Assembly (NCBI GenBank): GCA_026394395.1
Contig: JAPKYK010000005.1
Location: 65,500-129,499, forward strand
Direction of reading: 5' to 3'
Length of the DNA: 64,000 nt
Source: Methanomassiliicoccales archaeon
GTDB lineage: Archaea > Thermoplasmatota > Thermoplasmata > Methanomassiliicoccales > UBA472
Part shown: positions 47,351-55,091 of the stretch, piece by piece
Position numbering within the stretch: position 1 is the first letter of the stretch
Layout: each line of letters begins with the position of its first letter
Notes under the pieces: generated by a model
The model's input: the letters and a program-made list of their open reading frames with translations, nothing else
The model's database searches: none
What the model was told of the DNA's origin: nothing
Translations under genes and position numbers: made by a program

Positions 47351-48427
47351 TTATACGTTCCCTGACGAACCGTAACGGGCGACGGCCTCCCTAAGAGCAA
47401 TGATGTTCTCCATCGGCGTCTTAAACGGCATCTCGCAGCCCGGTCCTATCATCAGGCCGGGTCCCTTTCCCCAAGAACCGATGATCCCTTGCACTTCCTT
47501 GTCAACCTCCTCCGGCGTCCCCTTGAACAGCAGGAACATGTGGTCTATACCGACCATGACGGCCGTTCTTCCCTTCAATTTGGTGAAGGTCGCCTCGCGG
47601 TCCACCGCCGTTAGATGGAAATGCACGGCGTCCGCGCCTATATCCGGGTATCCGTCGAGGTAAGGAATGGCAGCGCAGTTGTGCGCTATCACCTTCAAAC
47701 CATGGGAATGGAAGCAGTCCACTACCTTCTTCATGTTCTTGAGGTCGAAGCGCTCGATACACTCGAGCGAGCTCATCTCCAGCCCCGAGGTCCCGTTCTC
47801 CATGAAGGCCATCTCTATACCCATCCCTGAAAGGTGCTCGACGTAGGCTTTGGACGATTCCACTAGGACGTTCAGCAGCTGCTCGACCATGCCTGCGTCG
47901 GTGACGGTGGCCATTAGCAGGTTCTCCAACCCCATCACCTCGCTGGCGATGACCATGGGCGAATCGAGGCAACCGAGCACCGCCACCTCGTTTCCCACCC
48001 TTTCGTTCATGAGCCCCGCCGCCCTGAGGGACACGGACCAGAACTCGTCCTTCATGGGGTCCACAGGTTGGATGCGGTCGATGTCCGTCGGTGACTGCAC
48101 CGCGTATCGTTCCACCCGAGGGTAGAAGTCCCGCTCCGGCCACACCCATTGCGTGCCATGGGCCCTGGCCTCCACCAGTATGTCGCCCCAGCCGGCCATG
48201 ACGTTGTCGAAGCCGGTAATCCTCTGGGCCATTATGGCGATGCGAGCGAAGGTCTCAGGGTCGTGAAAGCCCTGGCGCATGGTCAGCCCGGCGGCGTTGA
48301 GCACGGTGCGGGCCGCCCCCAGATGCTGGTACATAATGGGCGGGCGGTCGACCGGTCTCAATGCCAGCGCTTCTTCGAACCTCTCCCTGGGGGTCATGGG
48401 GGGCCTTGATACACTGGAGCCACTCAT
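47351..48427 (-). CDS. divergent URO-D-family (MtaA-like) zinc methyltransferase paralogue
   Basis: 358 aa. MTPRERFEEALALRPVDRPPIMY and H-x-C (IAHNCAA) plus GPGCEMP at the MtaA Zn-ligand positions. Identity to the neighbouring mtaA is low by eye. Confidence 0.75.
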   Translation of the reverse strand: MSGSSVSRPPMTPRERFEEALALRPVDRPPIMYQHLGAARTVLNAAGLTMRQGFHDPETFARIAIMAQRITGFDNVMAGWGDILVEARAHGTQWVWPERDFYPRVERYAVQSPTDIDRIQPVDPMKDEFWSVSLRAAGLMNERVGNEVAVLGCLDSPMVIASEVMGLENLLMATVTDAGMVEQLLNVLVESSKAYVEHLSGMGIEMAFMENGTSGLEMSSLECIERFDLKNMKKVVDCFHSHGLKVIAHNCAAIPYLDGYPDIGADAVHFHLTAVDREATFTKLKGRTAVMVGIDHMFLLFKGTPEEVDKEVQGIIGSWGKGPGLMIGPGCEMPFKTPMENIIALREAVARYGSSGNV

Positions 48428-48442
48428 ATTGTTTTCTGAGCC

Positions 48443-48910
48443 TCAGTCCTTGATCCTCTTTTCCTTCTCGTAGAAGTCGTTGATGATCTCGTAGTCGATC
48501 TTGCGCTCTGACATGAAGATCTTGGTCACGTCCAGTGACGCCGCTCGTACCTGCGGGTCCCACATGCCGTGAACGATGACGTGCACAATCAGCTCACCGC
48601 GGTTCATGAGCGTCCCGTCGAAACGGTTCTGCACCGTCGGGGGTATGTCCAGGTCGATGAGGCTGAAGCTAATGGTGGAGCCTCCTTCGGCAGTAAGGAA
48701 CGATTTGATGTGTCCGATCATGTCCGCTCCTTCCCGGAAGCATTCCATAGTGATTCTATTCAGCAGGTCCAGGACCATGTCCTCGGACTGCTTTCCGTCC
48801 AGCGCGTCAGGGATGTAGAGCCGGAGCCACATGGAGAACTTGCCCAGCTCGTCCGTGGCCCGGTGCGTCAGCAGCTGGCGTTCCTTTTGATCCATTCCTT
48901 CACTCTCCAT
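48443..48910 (-). CDS. hypothetical protein, possibly a detached CobW_C-like domain
   Basis: 155 aa. It overlaps the stop of the upstream COG0523 GTPase gene by 11 nt. The segment IGHIKSFLTAEGGSTISFSL...ELIVHVIVHG loosely resembles the CobW C-terminal domain. The assignment is tentative. Confidence 0.5.
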   Translation of the reverse strand: MESEGMDQKERQLLTHRATDELGKFSMWLRLYIPDALDGKQSEDMVLDLLNRITMECFREGADMIGHIKSFLTAEGGSTISFSLIDLDIPPTVQNRFDGTLMNRGELIVHVIVHGMWDPQVRAASLDVTKIFMSERKIDYEIINDFYEKEKRIKD

Positions 48911-49565
48911 ACTTCTTGTCGAAGCGGTCCTCCGCCTCGGTGAGGTCGTACACCACAGCCTTGCCGTTCACCATGATGTCGGCAACATCCTTCACGCCCT
49001 GCCCGGTTCTTGCAGAACCGTACAGCAGCTTGACCTGGGGGTTCAGGTCCAGGACCAACTTGGTGACCTTGTCCAAGCGCTCGCGGTCCACGGCATCCAC
49101 CTTGTTGATGAGGACGGCGTCCGCCTCTATGATCTGGGTCTCGACCAAGCGGCGCACGTTGTTCATCAGCTTGTCGATGCGTATGGCGTCCACGAAGGTG
49201 ATAATAGGTGCCTGTTCCAGGATCTTGGGCATCTTCTTGACCGTCTCCGCCGCAGCCTGCTTCAGGCCCAGAGGGATGGCCACCCCGGTCGGTTCGACCA
49301 AGATGACGTCCGGCTTGAAGCTCATGTAGATGTTGGTGACTGTGGTGGTCAACGTACCTTGCACCTCACAGCATATGCAGCCGCCGGAGATCTCCATGGT
49401 GTCGATCCCATGGACCTCCATGCACTTGCGGTCGACGTTGATATGGCCGACATCGTTGACGATGGTCGCCACCTTCAAACCCCGCAAATTAAGCTCCTTG
49501 GCCACTTCGATCAGGAAGGTGGTCTTTCCGCTTCCCAAGAAACCGGTAACCTGGGCGATCCTCAT
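48900..49565 (-). CDS. COG0523 (CobW/YjiA-like) G3E-family metallochaperone GTPase, N-domain only
   Basis: P-loop GFLGSGKTT, metal motif GCICC, EPTG and NKVD. At 221 aa it lacks the usual fused C-terminal domain. Confidence 0.8.
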   Translation of the reverse strand: MRIAQVTGFLGSGKTTFLIEVAKELNLRGLKVATIVNDVGHINVDRKCMEVHGIDTMEISGGCICCEVQGTLTTTVTNIYMSFKPDVILVEPTGVAIPLGLKQAAAETVKKMPKILEQAPIITFVDAIRIDKLMNNVRRLVETQIIEADAVLINKVDAVDRERLDKVTKLVLDLNPQVKLLYGSARTGQGVKDVADIMVNGKAVVYDLTEAEDRFDKKYGE

Positions 49566-49722
49566 GTAATCACGCTAGCGGCCTTAACGAACTATAACTA
49601 TAATTCCATTGCCCCTATCCTCGGGCGCCCGAAAAAGACATGCTGGGACGCTTCGGAATTTACCGGTGCTTTGGGAACAGTATTATAAATGAGGCGATGG
49701 CATTCACCCATCGAGGTTTTGC

Positions 49723-51372
49723 ATGGCATTGGGAGTTGCGCTCGACTTGGGCACAAGTGGCTACCGGGGTCACCTGGTCGATCTGAACAAGAAGGGAAAG
49801 ATTCTGGCTACGGCCATCACCATGAGACACCCCCTGCCGGGCGCCAACATCATGGACCATCTGCATTTCTGGATGGAGAACGGGGCCGACGTCGGGCACC
49901 GCATAATCATCGAGACCGTGGACCGATTGATAGGCACCCTGGGCGCCAAGCCCGAGGAGATCGTCCGGGTATCCGTCTGCGGCAACCCCGCCCAGATGTC
50001 CATGTTCGAGAAGATCGAGATACGCGATCTGGCCTACGCCGGCCAGTCCCTGCTCAAGAGGCTGAACGTAAAGGTACCCGAGAGAAAGGCCCACACCATC
50101 AAGGCCGAGGAGCTGGGCATGAGGTCAGTCAGGCAGACCGCCGAGGTCCGCATACCCCCGTCCATCCGTCACGAGATCGGCGCCGACGCCCTGGCCATGA
50201 TCATGAAGACCGGGCTCATGAACAAAAAGGAGACCTGCATGGTCACGGACTACGGCACCAACGCCGAGATGGGACTGTTCTACAAGGGCGAGCTCTTTAC
50301 CGGTTCGGCAGCCGCCGGACCGGCCATGGAAGGGCAGTCCATTGAAATGGGCATGCTGGCCGCTCCCCAGGCATTGTCCGATGTCATCCTGAACGAAGAT
50401 GGCCGCTGGTACAACGTAGTGCTCAACGAAAATCTGCATCCAGTTAAGTCGTCCTTAGTCGATCCGCGCACCGGTCAGGAGCAGCGGCTGGACGGCGTGA
50501 TCGCCCGGGGCATCACCGGCACCGGCACAGTGGCCGCCATGGCCGTGGGGTTGGAGACAGGCATAATCAAGCTGCCCTACATCGACACCCCCGACCGCAA
50601 GATCCACATGACCAATGGCATACACTTCGGCGAAGAGGACGTGCGCGAAGCAGGCAAGGCCATCGGAGCCATCCGCGCCGGGCACCGCACCCTGATCGAA
50701 GAAGTTGGCGTTGCCGACGAAGATGTAAAGACCATGTACATGTGCGGCGCGTCCGGTACGTACGTGGACCCGATAAAGGCTCAGACCGTAGGGCTCATAC
50801 CCAGGGTCCTGGAAAAGACCGTGCAGGCCGGCAACACCTCGCTGATGATGTCCTATGACATACTGGTCGACGATAACGGGCTGGACCACATGCAGGACGT
50901 GGCCAACGCCATATCCAGCAAGCACATAATGTTCGCCACCTGCAAGGTCTTCGAGGACATATACGTCAACGAGATCGCCTACTGGACCGAGGGCATGTCC
51001 ATGGAGATGTACAATGAAATGGTCAAGTACGCTGGATTGAGGCCCCTGCCGGACATAAAGCGCCCCAAAGAGATCGTGCGCTTAGTTTCGTCCGACATAC
51101 CGGTCATCGGCGCCCGCGGTCTGAGGACCCTTGACGACATAGGCGTGTACCTCATCGGCTCCTTCGAGCACTGCGTCGGCTGCAAGAAATGCCAGAAAGA
51201 GTGCCCGGAATGCGCCCTGCAGGTGTCCTCGATGGGTAACAAGAAATTCCAGATCAGGATAAACACCGAGCGCTGCCTGGGAACCGCCTGCAAGAAGTGC
51301 CAGGCCGTCTGTCCGGAGAGCGTGATGAGCTTCGCCGCCCTGAAGATCGTGAAGAAGGGCGAGGACGCATAA
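49723..51372 (+). CDS. ramA: corrinoid protein reductive activase RamA (ASKHA ATPase + C-terminal 2x[4Fe-4S] ferredoxin domain)
   Basis: ALDLGTSGYRGHLVD at the N-terminus. The C-terminal CVGCKKCQKECPECA and CLGTACKKCQAVCPES match the RamA architecture, with ferredoxin motifs at the C-terminus. Confidence 0.85.
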   Translation: MALGVALDLGTSGYRGHLVDLNKKGKILATAITMRHPLPGANIMDHLHFWMENGADVGHRIIIETVDRLIGTLGAKPEEIVRVSVCGNPAQMSMFEKIEIRDLAYAGQSLLKRLNVKVPERKAHTIKAEELGMRSVRQTAEVRIPPSIRHEIGADALAMIMKTGLMNKKETCMVTDYGTNAEMGLFYKGELFTGSAAAGPAMEGQSIEMGMLAAPQALSDVILNEDGRWYNVVLNENLHPVKSSLVDPRTGQEQRLDGVIARGITGTGTVAAMAVGLETGIIKLPYIDTPDRKIHMTNGIHFGEEDVREAGKAIGAIRAGHRTLIEEVGVADEDVKTMYMCGASGTYVDPIKAQTVGLIPRVLEKTVQAGNTSLMMSYDILVDDNGLDHMQDVANAISSKHIMFATCKVFEDIYVNEIAYWTEGMSMEMYNEMVKYAGLRPLPDIKRPKEIVRLVSSDIPVIGARGLRTLDDIGVYLIGSFEHCVGCKKCQKECPECALQVSSMGNKKFQIRINTERCLGTACKKCQAVCPESVMSFAALKIVKKGEDA

Positions 51373-51373
51373 C

Positions 51374-52219
51374 TTGCGCATAACCTGCGTCGTCGACGAC
51401 AACACCGGCGCCCTTGCCGGCGTCCGGAACGTTAAAAAAGCCCCCGGCCGGTTCCTGTCCGAGCACGGCTTATCGTTGCTCATAGAGACGGACGCAAGCA
51501 AGAAGGTCCTCCTGGACGCCGGGTCGTCCGAGACGGTGTTCTCTCATAACCTGGCTGCCTTAGGCCTTACGCCCAAGGACCTGGACCTGGTGTTCATTTC
51601 CCACGGGCACTACGATCATCTGGGGGCGCTGCCCATGCTGCTCCGGACCGGCATCCCCTGCTTCACGGACCCCCGGACCTTCTCCGGGGAAAGGTTCGTT
51701 GAGTCCTCCGGTAAGCGGAAAGAGATCGGCGCATCCCCGGAGCTTCTCGCCCTTCTGGCCGAGCATCCGCCCCAGATGGACAGCGGCCCAAGGGAGCTGT
51801 TGCCGGGGGTCAGCACCACCGGCGAGGTCATGCGCTCCAGCAGCTTCGAGGTTCCCGCCTCCTTCGTGCTGCGCCGCAATGGGAAGGAGGTCCCGGACCT
51901 CATCCTCGAGGAGCAAGCGCTGTGCGTTTCCACGCGCAAAGGCCTGGTGATATTGACCGGCTGCGGCCACGCCGGAGTGGTCAACATCGTGTCCCAGATC
52001 AAGCGCCACAGCGAACGAAAGCTGTACATGGTCATGGGCGGTTTCCATCTGTGGAACGCCTCTCAGGACACCCTGCTCAAGACCATGGACGGCCTGAAGA
52101 GGTTGGGGGTGGAGAAGGTGGCGCCCATGCACTGCTCTGGTTTTGAGGCCACCAAGATGTTCTCCGACCGCTTCCCCGGCTTCGAGCTCATGGGCAGCGG
52201 GTGCTACATGGACATCTAA
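51374..52219 (+). CDS. MBL-fold metallo-hydrolase (COG1237/MJ0301-like)
   Basis: FLSEHGLSLLIE...LLDAGSS...ISHGHYDHLGAL...TGCGHAGVVN...GGFHL. The TTG start lies 1 nt after the ramA stop. Confidence 0.7.
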   Translation: MRITCVVDDNTGALAGVRNVKKAPGRFLSEHGLSLLIETDASKKVLLDAGSSETVFSHNLAALGLTPKDLDLVFISHGHYDHLGALPMLLRTGIPCFTDPRTFSGERFVESSGKRKEIGASPELLALLAEHPPQMDSGPRELLPGVSTTGEVMRSSSFEVPASFVLRRNGKEVPDLILEEQALCVSTRKGLVILTGCGHAGVVNIVSQIKRHSERKLYMVMGGFHLWNASQDTLLKTMDGLKRLGVEKVAPMHCSGFEATKMFSDRFPGFELMGSGCYMDI

Positions 52220-53100
52220 AGGTCTTGGGCGGACTGTTCCAGCATCAGGTCGACGAAGGCGGCCACGGGCATGGTCCGCTTGGCGTATTCCAGCGGTCCG
52301 TATACGACGTAGTCGGCCCCGGCCATCATGCTGACGGCGACGGCCGAGCTGTCCACGTGCCTGCGGGCCTCCTTCGGGTCGGCCATCTCTTCGAGGTCCA
52401 GGCATTCCACAGCGTTGTGCAATGCGCAACCTGTGGGCAGCCCCCACTTGGCCTTAGCTACCATGATCGCGCGCAGGGCCGAACCGGCGCTGAGCTGCGG
52501 TGAGGTCACGGCCATGTCCAGCAGCAGGTTCTTGATGCCCAGTTCTTCGGCCGTGGTCACCAGTCCCTGGGATACGAGCTCGTCCCCGTTCTCGAGCATG
52601 TAGATGCGGCCTTTGACGTCATCCCCCCGGGGGTTGAAGGCCAGCACCACGGCGTTGACCGGGGGCGATCTCCTGAGCGCCTCCATCTCTTCCGACGATA
52701 TACCCGCGTTGATGGTGTTGTAGATGATCCGGTCCAGCACTCCCATCTCCTCGGCGTGCCTAAGGAAGGATAGGCGGACCTCGGCGGTCCCCGAGTCCAC
52801 GAACAACGGTCCAGGGACCTTGTCGCACACCGCCTCGAGGTAGTTGTGCGAAGCCCCCTTGCTCTCGGCATAGAGCATGAGGGCCGAAGGGCAATGGCAG
52901 TTGTCCGTGACCTGCAGATAGCTCTCGAGCCGTTCGTTAAGTTTCGCTTTGTCCAATGAACCCTTTCGGGGGTCGAGCACTACGGTATGACGAGGATAGA
53001 AGAGGGAACCGACCATCATCGTGCGCCTCTTCCCTGGCTGACCGCCGACGCTCACGCCACCTATGCATATCTCCTTCTGAACGGTCTGGAACTTGAACAT
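52216..53100 (-). CDS. mtrH: MtrH-family methyltransferase (methyl-pterin:corrinoid type)
   Basis: 294 aa. MFKFQTVQKEICIGGVSVGGQPGKRRTMMVGSLFY..., NTINAG and LLDMAVT match my recollection of MtrH/MtgA-like proteins. No other mtr membrane subunits are nearby. Confidence 0.8.
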   Translation of the reverse strand: MFKFQTVQKEICIGGVSVGGQPGKRRTMMVGSLFYPRHTVVLDPRKGSLDKAKLNERLESYLQVTDNCHCPSALMLYAESKGASHNYLEAVCDKVPGPLFVDSGTAEVRLSFLRHAEEMGVLDRIIYNTINAGISSEEMEALRRSPPVNAVVLAFNPRGDDVKGRIYMLENGDELVSQGLVTTAEELGIKNLLLDMAVTSPQLSAGSALRAIMVAKAKWGLPTGCALHNAVECLDLEEMADPKEARRHVDSSAVAVSMMAGADYVVYGPLEYAKRTMPVAAFVDLMLEQSAQDL

Positions 53101-53101
53101 C

Positions 53102-53866
53102 TCACACCCCCATAAGATAGGAACGCAATCTCAACGCCAGCTCTACCGACGGGACTGTTAACAGCTGACCCTGGAGCGGTTCAAGTACCACCCCGAACTC
53201 CTCCGAGACCACGATCATGCCTATGCCAGTGTTCAGGCCGTCCGAAGGCAACCGCAGCATGGGCGAGATGAAATCGTCCGAGGCCAGGTGCAACTGCTTG
53301 GCGATCTTGCCGCCCTCTCCGGCCAGGGCCTTCGAACGGACGATCACGGCCGATCCGGGGAAGGGCGAGAACTCCTTGGTCCTTAGCTCCTTCAGCTTGG
53401 CCAACAACCTCTTTCGGTTCTTCTCGTCGAACTCGTAGATCGGATCATAGGCCTGCAGCTCCTGGGCCGGCGAATCGTCCATGATGTCGACTATCTCCAC
53501 CTGCTCCCGGAACCGTTCGATGGCCTCGAGGGGAAGGTCGCAGAGGAACGGTATGGCCGACCTGGTGCCGATTATACGGCGGTGCTCGTCCACACCGTTG
53601 TCCATGAGGGCGTGTATGGCCGCCCCGGGGAAATGTCCGTACTCCTCTTTGCCACAGAGCACCAGCACCCTTATCACTGGATTGGAGACGATGTTGACTA
53701 TGACCTTCTCCAGCCCGATGTTCTCGGTCTTCAATATGCCTTTGATACAGAACAGCTCCGGCGGGACCTCCACGGCTCCCCTGCCGACGATGAGCACGGC
53801 GACAGGCGAACCTTCGTTGCCTATCACGTAATCCCCACTGGCCACTGGCCACACATCTGAATCCAT
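53102..53866 (-). CDS. mtrA: soluble MtrA-like corrinoid-binding protein
   Basis: MDSDVWPVASGDYVIGNEGSPVAVLIV...TENIGLEKVIVNIVSNPVIRVLVLCGKEEYGHFPGAAIHALMDNGVD...RFREQVEIVDI is MtrA-like. The SD GGAGTGG and a TTTTATATATAA element (53899-53910) support the ATG at 53866, not 53956. I see no obvious C-terminal TM anchor. Confidence 0.75.
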   Translation of the reverse strand: MDSDVWPVASGDYVIGNEGSPVAVLIVGRGAVEVPPELFCIKGILKTENIGLEKVIVNIVSNPVIRVLVLCGKEEYGHFPGAAIHALMDNGVDEHRRIIGTRSAIPFLCDLPLEAIERFREQVEIVDIMDDSPAQELQAYDPIYEFDEKNRKRLLAKLKELRTKEFSPFPGSAVIVRSKALAGEGGKIAKQLHLASDDFISPMLRLPSDGLNTGIGMIVVSEEFGVVLEPLQGQLLTVPSVELALRLRSYLMGV

Positions 53867-54030
53867 GACCGCCACTCCAATCACGTATTCAATTTCAATT
53901 ATATATAAAACATCGGAAGGCCAGATGTGACGGCGAATGGGGGTTTTGTCAGACAAAATCCAATTTCGGTGTTAGGGGGATAAGCGATAAATACACCCCG
54001 TTTTGTAATACGGCCCCAGGAAGGGATAAA

Positions 54031-54756
54031 ATGGGTGTATCAATTGCCATATGTGAGGTAGACAGCGACAGCGCGTTGTGCAAGGTGGGAAAGACGACCT
54101 TGTTGAAGGTGAACCTGAAGGACGTCTCCGGCTTCGAGGATCTGGCAGAGTTCGACCTGGTGGTCCCCTTGAGCCAGGCCAAGCTGGTAATGGGAGCGGA
54201 CTGGGAGGCCTTCCTGAAGAGGAACCGCCTGGACCCGCAGATGGAGACGCTGTACCTGGGCAAGATCAAGAACGATGCGGACAAGCAGTTGCTGACGGCG
54301 GAGAGCCAGAAGCTCTACACCGGATGGATCGCCGTGGACAAGGTCCCCGCCGACCGCATGGCCGCCCTGATGGACAAGGCCGGCAAGGACGACCGGTTGA
54401 CCGCCTGGGACATGCTGTCCTTCGACGAGATGGCCGCGGCCTGCGCCAAGTGCCCCCTGTCCTGGGACGAGGGACGAGGCTGCATGGGCACCTTCGGTCC
54501 GGAGAACAGCGCCCTGCCTGGGATAGCTCAGAAGAACAACTGCGTTATCGTGGCCAGCGTGCCGGCCTCGGTGCAGAGCAAGAGGCTGTTCAGTGTGGAG
54601 GAAGCGGCCAAGCTTCTGGAAGAGGTCAAGGTCCTGCGGGCCAAGCTCCCCGACGAGGGCAAGGTGATGGTCCGCCGTTACTCTGGTGTGCTGGACCGCC
54701 TGGAGAAGATGGGCAACGTCTGCGTGACCTACAAGACCCGCTTCTACTTCCTGTAA
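54031..54756 (+). CDS. hypothetical Cys-containing protein (241 aa)
   Basis: The composition is ordinary, unlike the two overlapping GC-artefact ORFs. It carries the motif CAKCPLSWDEGRGCMGTFGP. It is divergent from the mtrA-like gene. Confidence 0.55.
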   Translation: MGVSIAICEVDSDSALCKVGKTTLLKVNLKDVSGFEDLAEFDLVVPLSQAKLVMGADWEAFLKRNRLDPQMETLYLGKIKNDADKQLLTAESQKLYTGWIAVDKVPADRMAALMDKAGKDDRLTAWDMLSFDEMAAACAKCPLSWDEGRGCMGTFGPENSALPGIAQKNNCVIVASVPASVQSKRLFSVEEAAKLLEEVKVLRAKLPDEGKVMVRRYSGVLDRLEKMGNVCVTYKTRFYFL

Positions 54757-54809
54757 AACCCCACCGAAACCCTTTTTTCCATTTTCATACATATTCACTT
54801 GGTGTTCCA

Positions 54810-55091
54810 TTGGGCGGCAAAGGTGATAAGCTGGGCTGCGTCGACTGCGGTCCTGGACTGGCCTTCGACGAAAAGGAGATGCTCCTGGTCTCAGGCACGC
54901 TGGTCAAACTGGTAGGTCTGGAAAAGATCATGGAAGAGGTCCGTCGCCTAAAGATAGGGCAAAGGAAGCAGGTGGCCGACGAGCTGCTCTCCCGAGCTAA
55001 AAAAGAAAATCAGATACCGCCAGGACAGGAGAAGGAATACCGCAACGCCCTCATGGACGACTATGATCGCCGCTACCTGACCATCATGTGA
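54810..55091 (+). CDS. small hypothetical protein (~93 aa; start uncertain, TTG proposed)
   Basis: Only the 3' part of ORF 54078..55091 looks protein-like: ...GCVDCGPGLAFDEKEMLLVSGTLVKLVGLEKIMEEVRRLKIGQRKQVADELLSRAKKENQIPPGQEKEYRNALMDDYDRRYLTIM. Confidence 0.3.
   Translation: MGGKGDKLGCVDCGPGLAFDEKEMLLVSGTLVKLVGLEKIMEEVRRLKIGQRKQVADELLSRAKKENQIPPGQEKEYRNALMDDYDRRYLTIM

Noticed and set aside
49695-49713. Inverted repeat CGATGG-N7-CCATCG between a TATA-like TATTATAAAT and the ramA ATG.
   Set aside because: The arms are only 6 bp and the spacing differs (ATGG-N7-CCAT versus N9 in the main motif). Short palindromes of this quality are expected many times by chance in 64 kb. It might be a repressor site, but I cannot support that.
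54078-54800. The 5' two-thirds of the 337-aa ORF 54078..55091, and the 256-aa antisense ORF 54040..54810.
   Set aside because: Their composition is Gly/Arg/Pro-rich and artefact-like. The 54031..54756 frame has normal composition. Only the 3' end of the long ORF (after ~54810) reads like protein.
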